Source: an uncultured Bacillales bacterium (GTDB taxonomy: Bacteria > Bacillota_I > Bacilli_A > RF39 > UBA660). Taken from it: a stretch of DNA of 64,000 bases. The translations under genes and the position numbers were made by a program. The stretch lies in contig CAMNHK010000002.1 in assembly GCA_946539445.1 (NCBI GenBank), forward strand, positions 41,744 to 105,743, read 5' to 3'. Below are positions 17,435 through 26,440 of this stretch, piece by piece. The stretch's first letter is position 1; every line of letters begins with the position of its first letter. The notes beneath the pieces were generated by a model. The model saw only the letters and a list, made by a program, of their open reading frames with translations, made no database searches and was not told the DNA's origin.

Positions 17435-18853
17435 TTATGACTTCTTTAAAATAGGAAGTTTGGCTTGAATCGTTTTCCAAGTTTCTCGTAAAAAGGTACG
17501 ATTCAAGAAAAAAGCATAAAAGCAAGCAACAATTAAGTTTAAAATGTTCAAGTATAAATGATTGTAATAGTATAAAGCAATGGTAAAGCCAAAGATAAGA
17601 ATGGTCTTCCAAACAAATCCCTTTTCCAAACGAATCGAAATATACTTTTTTAAATCTATATGTCGATAAATCATCATAACAAAATAAGAAATAGTGGTTG
17701 AAATAGCAGCAGCATATAATCCGATCTTTCGAACAAACAATAAATTAATAACAATATTTATAATAGCCCCTAAAACAGCCGTAGAAGCAACCTGCTTTGA
17801 TAATTTCTTAGCAAGATATACTTGACTATACAAACAAATAGCTACATTAAAAACAACACCTAATACTAAGAAAGGAATATAGAGATACGCTTCCTGATAT
17901 TTTGTATCAATTAAAATAGGAAAAGCAAATGGCATACAAGCAAGCATTCCCACTCCTAAAGAAGTAAATAGTTTCATAACCGTATTCATAATATCAGAGA
18001 AGAATTCATCTCGATCTGGACTATTAATATGCAAAGCAGCACTCTCACTCCAACTAAGATTAAAAACTCCCGTTAAACTACTAATTATAGTTGGAAACTT
18101 ATTACTAATAGCATATAATCCATTAGCTCCAGCTCCTAAAATAAAAGAAATAATCGTACGATCACTAACATTCACAATCCACCAACTAATTCCATTCGGA
18201 ATCAAAGGAATCGAATATTGATACATTTCCTTAATTAAAGAATGATCCACTAATTGAAAATCAATTTGACGATACAACTTCAAACGGAAGAACAAATAAG
18301 CACTACAAACAAAATTAGCAAGAGCCATGGATAAAATCATACCCTCTGCTTGCATATGTACAAAACAAATCAAAATAATATTAGAAACAACCGTCGTAAG
18401 ACCCGTTAAAATACAACTAATCGAATAATCGACCGTTCTCCCAAAACCTCGCGCAACTTGTAAAAAGTTTCCAGATAAAACACAAACAATAATATCTACT
18501 AATATTAAGAATCGGAATGGTACGGTAACAAAACAAGTAACAATCAAATAAAGAATACTAAATACCGTTAAGCTAATTCCCAATATATAAAAGTCAATAC
18601 TCATCAATTGCTTGGTATTAGCCGCACTCTTTCGAGAATCAATCAAATAACGGAAAATACTCATCTCTAACTCTAACGTAATAATAGGAACTAATAAAGT
18701 AACATACGTCTGAATTAAATCCACGACTCCATATTCACTAGTAGCCAAATAAGAAGTATAAAGAGGTAATAAAAAGAAAGATATTAATTGCGTACAAACT
18801 CTTCCAAAAAAGATAATTAACGTGTTTTTAGCAAGTTGTTTTTTCTTGTTCAT
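17435..18853 (-). CDS. MOP-superfamily polysaccharide/oligosaccharide flippase (Wzx-like)
   Basis: 472 aa with ~12-14 hydrophobic helices. The N-terminal K-N-T-L-I-I-F-x-G-R and overall layout are typical of polysaccharide biosynthesis (PST) proteins. Confidence 0.7.
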   Translation of the reverse strand: MNKKKQLAKNTLIIFFGRVCTQLISFFLLPLYTSYLATSEYGVVDLIQTYVTLLVPIITLELEMSIFRYLIDSRKSAANTKQLMSIDFYILGISLTVFSILYLIVTCFVTVPFRFLILVDIIVCVLSGNFLQVARGFGRTVDYSISCILTGLTTVVSNIILICFVHMQAEGMILSMALANFVCSAYLFFRLKLYRQIDFQLVDHSLIKEMYQYSIPLIPNGISWWIVNVSDRTIISFILGAGANGLYAISNKFPTIISSLTGVFNLSWSESAALHINSPDRDEFFSDIMNTVMKLFTSLGVGMLACMPFAFPILIDTKYQEAYLYIPFLVLGVVFNVAICLYSQVYLAKKLSKQVASTAVLGAIINIVINLLFVRKIGLYAAAISTTISYFVMMIYRHIDLKKYISIRLEKGFVWKTILIFGFTIALYYYNHLYLNILNLIVACFYAFFLNRTFLRETWKTIQAKLPILKKS

Positions 18854-19298
18854 GAAAATTCCTCCTTATAAGTGTATAGAAATAACTAGCACAACTTCCA
18901 CCAAAAGTATCTAAGAAAACATCGAGAATTTCTCCACTCCTACTTTCGACAAACAATTGATGAATCTCATCACTACAAGCATAAAAAAATACAAAGAAAA
19001 TTGTCCAAAAAAGTATATTTTTAGAAGAAACCGAATATTCCTTAAGCAAACTAGCAAACGATAATCCAAGCAAAAAATAAATACTAAAATGAGCACATTT
19101 TCTAAGAGGCTTATTATATTTTAAAACATAAGTTTCTTTTTCCTGCTCTGTTAATTCTCTTCTTAAAAAGAATTCACTAATCGTAAAGACAATGGAATGA
19201 CTCTTCTTAGAAGAAGCATCTCCAGAATCCATAGAAAAAGCAAAAATAACACTCATAAAAAAAATCACAAGTATGATTTTTAAAACTTTTCGAACCAT
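18828..19298 (-). CDS. VanZ-like family membrane protein
   Basis: 156 aa with K-x-A-H-F-x-x-Y-F-L-L-G and S-D-E-I-H-Q-x-F-V-x-S-R motifs. Overlaps the flippase start by 26 nt. Confidence 0.75.
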   Translation of the reverse strand: MVRKVLKIILVIFFMSVIFAFSMDSGDASSKKSHSIVFTISEFFLRRELTEQEKETYVLKYNKPLRKCAHFSIYFLLGLSFASLLKEYSVSSKNILFWTIFFVFFYACSDEIHQLFVESRSGEILDVFLDTFGGSCASYFYTLIRRNFHEQEKTTC

Positions 19299-19335
19299 AA
19301 TTTCACCAGAATCATTATAGCAATATTTCTCATAA

Positions 19336-19368
19336 AAAGCAAAAAAAGAAAAGAATCATTTCTTTTCT
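19336..19368 (-). terminator. Terminator after the 332-aa gene
   Basis: Minus strand: AGAAAAGAA-ATGA-TTCTTTTCT hairpin overlapping the stop codon, followed by TTTTTTTGCTTT. Confidence 0.7.
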
Positions 19369-20365
19369 AATAACCTTTTTTAGAAGGACTAGTATAAGAG
19401 TCCGTAATTTGTTCAAAAGGAGATAAATAAGAATTAACAATGACAGAACTTCCTTTAGAAGCACTTAATCCAATAATTTGATAAGTACTATCTTTAATTT
19501 TTCCCATAGTAGCCAGTAAAATGACAAAACTATCAATCTTATCCGGATGAAATTCTAATTCCCTTTCAATTCTCGCAACAAAATCCCCACGAAAAGCTGC
19601 AATATCGAGTTTTCTGAGCACTTCATCATCACTATCTTGAACTTCACAATGTAAAAAAGAAAGTGTTCTCGCAAAACGAACCGCAATCTTTTGAAATTCA
19701 CCATATAAATTAAAATTCGTTCGATAAGAATTTAACCCAAAGATAGCTTTATCATTACGACTCTCCATCAAAGGCCTTGCCTGACCTTTCTTTAAATAAG
19801 TAACTCTCTCCGCAACATCTTGTACCACCACTTCATCTAACAAACAAAAGCCATCTTTCAAATAGGAAGCGGAAGAAAGTCCCATATTACGCAAAATTCC
19901 CTGAACTCTAGGATTTTGATATAAAGTGTTGGCATAATGAAAAGAAGCATCCACCCATTGATTATTAATAACATGTCCTAGTTCATGAGAATGAACCATC
20001 AAATACATATCATCCGGTGTTAAAGAGCGAACTGGCTTTAAATCGGGATTAATATAGATTTGATTTTGATACGTTAAAGCAAAATACTTTCTAGCATCTT
20101 TTGGTAATACCTTAACAGCCACTACTTTTTTTATTTGATCCAAAACATTTCGAAAGTTCTCTTTGGTAATCAAATGGGCCTTAAAAAGAGCCAAATAATA
20201 ATATTCAAAATCATGCAAAAACGTATCAATGGAATGGGCTTCTGCCAGATTTCCTCCGGCAGTATCACGGTAATAGGCTTTAGAGACTTCCTCTAAATCC
20301 ACTAGTTTTTTTTGAAAACCCGGAAAATCTTTTTCATTCCAAATGGAATACTGAATTTGATACAT
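19367..20365 (-). CDS. Cytoplasmic HExxH-motif protein (putative zinc metallopeptidase), family not recognised
   Basis: 332 aa with a single H-S-H-E-L-G-H motif and no TM helix. Lies 13 nt downstream of murE. Confidence 0.6.
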   Translation of the reverse strand: MYQIQYSIWNEKDFPGFQKKLVDLEEVSKAYYRDTAGGNLAEAHSIDTFLHDFEYYYLALFKAHLITKENFRNVLDQIKKVVAVKVLPKDARKYFALTYQNQIYINPDLKPVRSLTPDDMYLMVHSHELGHVINNQWVDASFHYANTLYQNPRVQGILRNMGLSSASYLKDGFCLLDEVVVQDVAERVTYLKKGQARPLMESRNDKAIFGLNSYRTNFNLYGEFQKIAVRFARTLSFLHCEVQDSDDEVLRKLDIAAFRGDFVARIERELEFHPDKIDSFVILLATMGKIKDSTYQIIGLSASKGSSVIVNSYLSPFEQITDSYTSPSKKGY

Positions 20366-20378
20366 ATATTATCAACTC

Positions 20379-21827
20379 CTATGAATGAACTCCTTCTTTT
20401 ATCTTACGAGAAGCAACCGCATTATACGCTTCTTCAATATCATTAAAATAAATCGTTTGATCTTTTAATTTTTCATAAGTCTCATTTCCCTTACCAAGAA
20501 TTAAAACCATATCTTTCGCTTCTGCCATATTAATAGCTTTTTCAATGGCACTTCTACGATCAATTACAATTTCATAATTCGAATGAGTCTCTTTTAATTC
20601 CGCAATAATGTCATTGCAAATGTCCATCGGATCTTCACTTCTTGGATCTTCATACGTAAAGATTGCATAACTAGCATTCTCAACCACAACATTCCCAACT
20701 TTTGGCCTTTTATAAGGATCTCTCTCCCCTGCTTGACCAATAACGACGATACTACGATTTATATCTAACGTATGAACAAAGTTTAATAACTTAGCGATTC
20801 CATTAGGAGTATGCGCATAATCTACCATAACATAATAAGGAGTATTGGTATTTAACAATTCTAATCGACCACTTACTTTTATATTTTGAACTTTTTTCAA
20901 AATCATATCCATACGAAATCCAGCCGCTACGACACACAATAAAGCACAAGCTAAATTATAAACATTAAAGTCTCCCATCATAGGACTTTCTACATCCAAG
21001 ATTTCTCCCTTATAACGATATTTTATATTCGTATGATCTGGGAACAATTGAAAAGAAACAATTTGTAAATCATTATCTTCCCCTTTACCATACGTTAATA
21101 CCTTTCCATTGCAAGCCTCCTTTACTTGTTCAAAGTAAGGATCATCATGATTTAAAACACAATATCCATCTTTTTTCGTTTGTTTAAAAAGCATTAACTT
21201 ACACTGTAAGTAGTTTTCAAAAGATCCATGAATATTTAAATGTTCAGAAGTAATATTCGTATAAGCAGATATATCAAATTTCATAGCTTGTAAACGTCCA
21301 CGGAAGAAAGCTTCACTAGAAGTTTCAATAGAAGCATATTGGCAACCAAAATGAACAAACTCATCTAAATACAAATACAAATTTTGAGCATCTGGTGTCG
21401 TATTTGGATTATCTCCCGTAAAGGCCGCACAACTTCGACCATTCGTCCCAATATATCCACATAAATCACTACCAATTAAAGTCTGAATAATAGTCGTTAC
21501 ACTCGTTTTCCCATCCGTTCCCGTTACTCCAATCATCTTTAACTTTTGATCTGGATAATCATAAAACTTTTGACACAAATAAGGAAGTTCACGGTTCGTA
21601 TCAGGTACTTTAATCGTTGGCACATCTGGATCTTTAATATCACGACTAACAATTAAAGCACAGGCTCCATTTTTCTTAGCCTCTTCAATAAAGTCATGAC
21701 GATCCACGGTAACTCCCTTCGTACAGACAAACAAGTCTCCTTCTTCCACTTCTTTTGAATTAATTTTTATACCTTTTACTAAAATATCCACTCCAATACC
21801 GGGATATAATTCTTCTAATTTTTTCAT
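20379..21827 (-). CDS. murE: UDP-N-acetylmuramoyl-L-alanyl-D-glutamate ligase MurE
   Basis: GVTGTDGKTS P-loop and Mur ligase middle and C-terminal domains (DYAHTP, the ...YEDPRSEDP segment). The preferred ATG at 21825-21827 (MKKLEELYPG) has RBS AGGTGATGA. The longer track ORF would run into the divergent arginase gene. Confidence 0.9.
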   Translation of the reverse strand: MKKLEELYPGIGVDILVKGIKINSKEVEEGDLFVCTKGVTVDRHDFIEEAKKNGACALIVSRDIKDPDVPTIKVPDTNRELPYLCQKFYDYPDQKLKMIGVTGTDGKTSVTTIIQTLIGSDLCGYIGTNGRSCAAFTGDNPNTTPDAQNLYLYLDEFVHFGCQYASIETSSEAFFRGRLQAMKFDISAYTNITSEHLNIHGSFENYLQCKLMLFKQTKKDGYCVLNHDDPYFEQVKEACNGKVLTYGKGEDNDLQIVSFQLFPDHTNIKYRYKGEILDVESPMMGDFNVYNLACALLCVVAAGFRMDMILKKVQNIKVSGRLELLNTNTPYYVMVDYAHTPNGIAKLLNFVHTLDINRSIVVIGQAGERDPYKRPKVGNVVVENASYAIFTYEDPRSEDPMDICNDIIAELKETHSNYEIVIDRRSAIEKAINMAEAKDMVLILGKGNETYEKLKDQTIYFNDIEEAYNAVASRKIKEGVHS

Positions 21828-21927
21828 ATCATCACCTAAAAGTATTATACAGTAAAGTTTTTTCGAATAAAAGACTTTTCCTTGATAAGAACCATAATTT
21901 ACGTTAAAATGAATATGGTGATTATAA

Positions 21928-22833
21928 ATGAGAACAATGATATTTGGAGCAGGAACTGACTTAGGAGTACACATCGATGGAGCTTCTCTAGGACCCATTC
22001 AATTAATGAACGACTTACAAGCTTTTTATCAAGGAGAAAGCATGATGTTTTCACAAGATAAAGAAATTATTAAAAGTCGAAACTTATCCGATCGAAGAAA
22101 AAATGAATATGAAATTGAAAAATTCAATTCCAATCTATATAAAAACATAGTAGAAAAAATCAAAGAAGAATACTTTCCAATTATGATTGGAGGAGATCAT
22201 TCTGCAGCAATTGCTTCTGCCCTAGCATCTGCGAAAGCAAACATTGATGTAGGAATTATCTGGATTGATGCTCATACAGATTATAATACGTTTGAAACAA
22301 CGGTTACCGGAAACATTCACGGTCTTCCTCTTGCCGCTATTAATGGATACAAAAATCCAGAATTACGCTATTATCATGATGGGAAAATAATTCAAGCATC
22401 CAAAACCGTTATTGTAGGAGCAAGAAGCATTGATCCTGCTGAAAAAGATAATGTACGTTATTCCGGAGTAACAGTATTTACGACACAAGATATCAAAGAA
22501 AAAGGAATTGAAGCAGTCATGGACGAAGCCTTCAAAATAGCTGGTTACAAAACCAAAGGAATTCATATTAGTTATGATCTAGACGTAATTGATCCAGAAA
22601 CAGCACCAGGAGTATCTATCCCAGAATTTGATGGAATATCCGAAGAAGAAGCCATGAAAATCAATGAATATTTAGTAAAGCATATGAAAGACATTTTATC
22701 CTTTGATTTAGTAGAGTTTAATCCTCTACGAGACATTGATCGTAAAACGGAGCAAATTGCCTTAAATATTTTAGCACAAATTATTAAAGCAGCTGAAAAT
22801 AAAAAGAAATTTGAACAAAAAACATATTACTAA
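21928..22833 (+). CDS. Arginase-family ureohydrolase (arginase-like)
   Basis: 301 aa with G-G-D-H-S, W-I-D-A-H-T-D, G-N-I-H-G-L-P-L-A and S-Y-D-L-D-V-I-D-P, the Mn-binding motifs aligned with B. subtilis RocF from memory. Confidence 0.85.
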   Translation: MRTMIFGAGTDLGVHIDGASLGPIQLMNDLQAFYQGESMMFSQDKEIIKSRNLSDRRKNEYEIEKFNSNLYKNIVEKIKEEYFPIMIGGDHSAAIASALASAKANIDVGIIWIDAHTDYNTFETTVTGNIHGLPLAAINGYKNPELRYYHDGKIIQASKTVIVGARSIDPAEKDNVRYSGVTVFTTQDIKEKGIEAVMDEAFKIAGYKTKGIHISYDLDVIDPETAPGVSIPEFDGISEEEAMKINEYLVKHMKDILSFDLVEFNPLRDIDRKTEQIALNILAQIIKAAENKKKFEQKTYY

Positions 22834-22861
22834 AAAAAGCAACAAATTCGTTGCTTTTTTA
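22832..22861. terminator. Bidirectional terminator between the arginase and esterase genes
   Basis: AGCAAC-AAATTC-GTTGCT hairpin flanked by A7 on one side and T5 or more on the other. The genes are convergent. Confidence 0.8.
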
Positions 22862-23917
22862 ATTAGAAAAAATAAATTTCATCATTTCTTTATTTCCTCG
22901 AGCATTTCCCATTGCTTCGCCATGAGAAGTACGAGGCAAAATAGTATACTTCCATTCTTTCGCATAAGGCTTTATTGAATTAACATCTCTCTGCATACAC
23001 CTTCCATAAGTATCATCACTACTAGAGCCACTTCCTGCTCCCGTGCCACGCATAGCCCATACTTTTACGCCAGAAAAATGACTAGGTTGAAAACCTCTTC
23101 CAGAACAACAACTGATAGGAGCTGCTGCATGAAAGAAATTAGGATAGGAACTTACCATCATCCAAGCACCAATGGCACCTCGAGAATGCCCTCCTACATT
23201 AATATTCGTTTTATCACAATTATATTTTTGACATACCTCATCCACAATAGACTTTACTTCAGACAAATGTCCTCCTTCAAACCATCCAGGATTAGAAGAA
23301 CTACCTAAACGAGGAGAATAAGGTTGAACCACAATAGCCGGATATCCAGCACTAGCAGCCGTTTTTCCTAAAGAAGAATTCTGAGGTCCACTCTCACTAG
23401 CCCCATCTCCATGAAGCCAAACCAATAAAGGCATATTAGTAGTAGCATCAGGAGGTAAATAAACATAATAAGTCATATTTCCACTTTTTCCAGAATTAAC
23501 CCCCTCCGCAACTCCTAAAGACCTACCTTTCTCTCCTTTTTCATAATCCGAAGGATTCGTAATAATTTGAGATTTCTTAGTTTGATAAGGATCCACATAA
23601 TGAGAAGATCCAGAAGGAGTCGAGATACTTTTCCAACAGGCACTAACCGAAAAAGAGCTTCCAAGCATATTCATCACAACATCCACAAATACCGGAATAA
23701 AAAAAACAATGACCGTCGCTAAAACCGCATTTTTAATTTTAGGTAATAATTTTTTATCCTCCGGATTCGCTACCAACTTAATCAAATTCAAAATGAAAGA
23801 AATCATCAATAAGATGGGAACCATTATTTGAATCAGATTTAAAATTCTTTTCAAAACAGATAAGGACATCCCCAAAGCCGGAGAGGTACAACCACTAATA
23901 TCTAATATCGTTATCAT
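22859..23917 (-). CDS. Membrane-anchored alpha/beta hydrolase (esterase/depolymerase-like)
   Basis: 352 aa with N-terminal hydrophobic helices, L-V-W-L-H-G-D-G and the nucleophile elbow G-G-H-S-R-G-A. Confidence 0.65.
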   Translation of the reverse strand: MITILDISGCTSPALGMSLSVLKRILNLIQIMVPILLMISFILNLIKLVANPEDKKLLPKIKNAVLATVIVFFIPVFVDVVMNMLGSSFSVSACWKSISTPSGSSHYVDPYQTKKSQIITNPSDYEKGEKGRSLGVAEGVNSGKSGNMTYYVYLPPDATTNMPLLVWLHGDGASESGPQNSSLGKTAASAGYPAIVVQPYSPRLGSSSNPGWFEGGHLSEVKSIVDEVCQKYNCDKTNINVGGHSRGAIGAWMMVSSYPNFFHAAAPISCCSGRGFQPSHFSGVKVWAMRGTGAGSGSSSDDTYGRCMQRDVNSIKPYAKEWKYTILPRTSHGEAMGNARGNKEMMKFIFSN

Positions 23918-23949
23918 AATATCCCTCTAGTAAAATATATCACAATAAA

Positions 23950-23980
23950 CCACAAAAAAAAAGAATGTTCTCACATTCTT
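23950..23980 (-). terminator. Terminator after ftsZ
   Basis: Minus strand: AAGAATGT-GAGA-ACATTCTT hairpin starting at the ftsZ stop, followed by TTTTTTTTTGTGG. Confidence 0.85.
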
Positions 23981-25119
23981 TAAAAATTTCTATCTCTTAA
24001 GAAAGATGGCATTTCAATATCTACATTACTATTCATAGATCCTGAATCATCGTCATCATCCGCTTGAAGAACTTCTGGTTGATAAGAATAATCTTCACGA
24101 GTTGGAATTCTTCTAGAAGGTTGTGTATTACCAACTGGATAAGAATTATCAACTGGTTCCGCTTTCTTAGATTTATCAAATCCTGTTGCAATAACAGTAA
24201 CAATAACTTCATCATTTAAGTTTTCATTAATAACAGAACCAAAGATAGTATTAATATCTGTATTAGCAGCACTACGTACCACTTCAGCTGCTTGCTCTGC
24301 TTCAAATAACGTTAAGTTTACTCCACCAGTAATATTGATAATCGCATCGGTAGCTCCTTCAATAGAAGTTTCCAATAATGGAGAAGAAACCGCTTGTTTA
24401 GCAGCTTCTAAAGCTCTATCTTCACCCATACCAATACCAATACCGATAATAGCGCGTCCACTCTTTTCCATAACAGCTTTAACATCCGCAAAGTCCAAGT
24501 TAACAAGTCCAACAACAGCAATCAAATCAGATATAGATTGAACTCCTCGACGAAGAACATTATCAACTTCTTTAAAAGCTTCTAACATTGGAGTAGACTT
24601 ATCAATAATCTCTCTTAAACGATCATTTGGAATAACAATTAAAGTATCGACATGTTTCTTTAATTCTTCAATTCCAGCCAAAGCATTTTCCATTCTTCTT
24701 TTTCCTTCAAAAGAAAATGGTTTTGTAACAATGGCAACCGTTAAAGCTCCAAGCCCTTGAGCAATCTCTGCAACAACAGCAGCAGCACCTGTTCCAGTAC
24801 CTCCACCCATTCCGGCTGTAATAAATACCATATCAGCTCCACTAAGAGCATCTTCAATTTCTTTCTTAGATTCAACGGCAGATTCTTTTCCAACTTCTGG
24901 TTTTCCTCCAGCACCTAACCCATCAGTAAGAGTAGCCCCAATTTGAATTTTAACATCTGCTTTTGAAGTATTTAAAACTTGTAAATCGGTATTAGCAGCA
25001 ATAAATTCTACCCCTTTAACACCAGATTCTACCATTCGATTAATAGCGTTTCCACCACCGCCACCTAATCCGATGACTTTGATTTTCGCTAATTGATCCA
25101 TTTCTAATCCGCCTATCAT
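23980..25119 (-). CDS. ftsZ: Cell division GTPase FtsZ
   Basis: [27 protein letters not shown] (tubulin signature) and NLDFADV. RBS AAGGAGG lies 7 nt upstream of the ATG. Confidence 0.98.
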   Translation of the reverse strand: MIGGLEMDQLAKIKVIGLGGGGGNAINRMVESGVKGVEFIAANTDLQVLNTSKADVKIQIGATLTDGLGAGGKPEVGKESAVESKKEIEDALSGADMVFITAGMGGGTGTGAAAVVAEIAQGLGALTVAIVTKPFSFEGKRRMENALAGIEELKKHVDTLIVIPNDRLREIIDKSTPMLEAFKEVDNVLRRGVQSISDLIAVVGLVNLDFADVKAVMEKSGRAIIGIGIGMGEDRALEAAKQAVSSPLLETSIEGATDAIINITGGVNLTLFEAEQAAEVVRSAANTDINTIFGSVINENLNDEVIVTVIATGFDKSKKAEPVDNSYPVGNTQPSRRIPTREDYSYQPEVLQADDDDDSGSMNSNVDIEMPSFLRDRNF

Positions 25120-25131
25120 ACCTTTTCCTCC

Positions 25132-26367
25132 TTAACGATCGAGAAAGTGTCCAAACACTTTACTAAGCATATTTTCATTTGTAAGATTCGAATCAATTGA
25201 TAATAGTGTTTCAACATCCTCTTTACTAACCATATTATAATGTTTTCCTCTCAAGGATAACTTATCATCAAAATATTTTGTTATTCCGTAGCAACTACTA
25301 TATTGATTATGACGAACTCCCATAGTAGTCATTCTACATACTTTTGCTATAAAGCCAAATTCCTGTTCTACTAAGTACTGGAATCCAGCCATCTCACTCA
25401 AACCACCTGTTATAATTATATAACGTATTTCCCTATTTGTTAAGTTTTTTATTTCATTTTTCGCAAGTTTTAAAATTTCCCGAACACGAGCTTCCACTAC
25501 CTTAGAAACATTCAATTGATTTACTTCTTTTTTCGTATCTTTATCAATCGCAATTTCCCATATTTCATTACTATCTGCATAGCTAGACATAGCCATAGCA
25601 AATTTCTCTTTCATTTTACGAGATTCACTTAACTTGGATTTAAATACATAGGTAATATCTTTATCTACATAACAACTTCCAACGGGAAGCAAACTATTTT
25701 TGATTGGAATTCCTTTATTAAAAACCGAAACATTGGTAGCTTCTTCCCCAATATTAATAATAGCTCCTACTAATTCATCATATTTACGATTTTTAATCGT
25801 ATAATAATCCCCAATCGAAGTAAAAGCAATATCTACCGTCTCAATACCACTAAGTTTTAAAGTCTCTAAAATACGATACAAAGGTTCTTTTGGAACCGTA
25901 CTAATCACAACTCTAGTTTCTAGTACACTTCCCTTCATACCTTTCGGATCTCGAATGTTGGCATGATCATCTACCGTAAAACTAATAGGCATAGCAGTTA
26001 CCAACTCATCCGTAGAAAAATCCTGTCCCTTGATGGCATCTAATAAAACATTACTAACATCTAAACCAGTAATTTCGTTATAATCAATAATATTCGTAGT
26101 TCCTTGAATAATATCCATACGACAATTAGCCGGTGGAATACAAGCAACGGCTTTTACAATTTTAATTCCCAAAGAATCCTGAATTTGTTTTAAGGCTTTT
26201 TTGATACTAGCAACGGCTGCTTTGGTATCCGTTATAAAGCCATTTCGGATTCCGTTCGAAGGACTACTAACAGAGGCTAAAACATTAAATCTATCATTTA
26301 CTTTCTCAGAAACAACAATCTTTATACTACTTGTACCTAAATCGATTCCTGTATAAATATCACTCAT
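25132..26367 (-). CDS. ftsA: Cell division protein FtsA
   Basis: 411 aa, actin-like ATPase (IYTGIDLGTSSIKIVV, ITGGLSEMAGF). Immediately upstream of ftsZ. Confidence 0.95.
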   Translation of the reverse strand: MSDIYTGIDLGTSSIKIVVSEKVNDRFNVLASVSSPSNGIRNGFITDTKAAVASIKKALKQIQDSLGIKIVKAVACIPPANCRMDIIQGTTNIIDYNEITGLDVSNVLLDAIKGQDFSTDELVTAMPISFTVDDHANIRDPKGMKGSVLETRVVISTVPKEPLYRILETLKLSGIETVDIAFTSIGDYYTIKNRKYDELVGAIINIGEEATNVSVFNKGIPIKNSLLPVGSCYVDKDITYVFKSKLSESRKMKEKFAMAMSSYADSNEIWEIAIDKDTKKEVNQLNVSKVVEARVREILKLAKNEIKNLTNREIRYIIITGGLSEMAGFQYLVEQEFGFIAKVCRMTTMGVRHNQYSSCYGITKYFDDKLSLRGKHYNMVSKEDVETLLSIDSNLTNENMLSKVFGHFLDR

Positions 26368-26391
26368 AGAATCCTCCTACTTTCAAATTTT

Positions 26392-26420
26392 ATTATACTA
26401 TATTTTCCCCTTTTTGCAAA
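26392..26420 (-). promoter_or_regulatory. Candidate ftsA-ftsZ promoter
   Basis: Minus strand: TTTGCA (26415-26420), a 17-nt spacer, then TATAAT (26392-26397), 24 nt upstream of the ftsA ATG. Confidence 0.6.
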
Positions 26421-26440
26421 CACTAATTCAAGATTCCATT

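Noticed and set aside
21828-21998. 57-codon N-terminal extension of the murE ORF in the track (start at 21998)
   Set aside because: The extension (MGPREAPSMCTPKS...) has no MurE similarity and overlaps the divergent arginase start by 71 nt. The internal ATG at 21827 has a strong RBS and gives the canonical MurE N-terminus.
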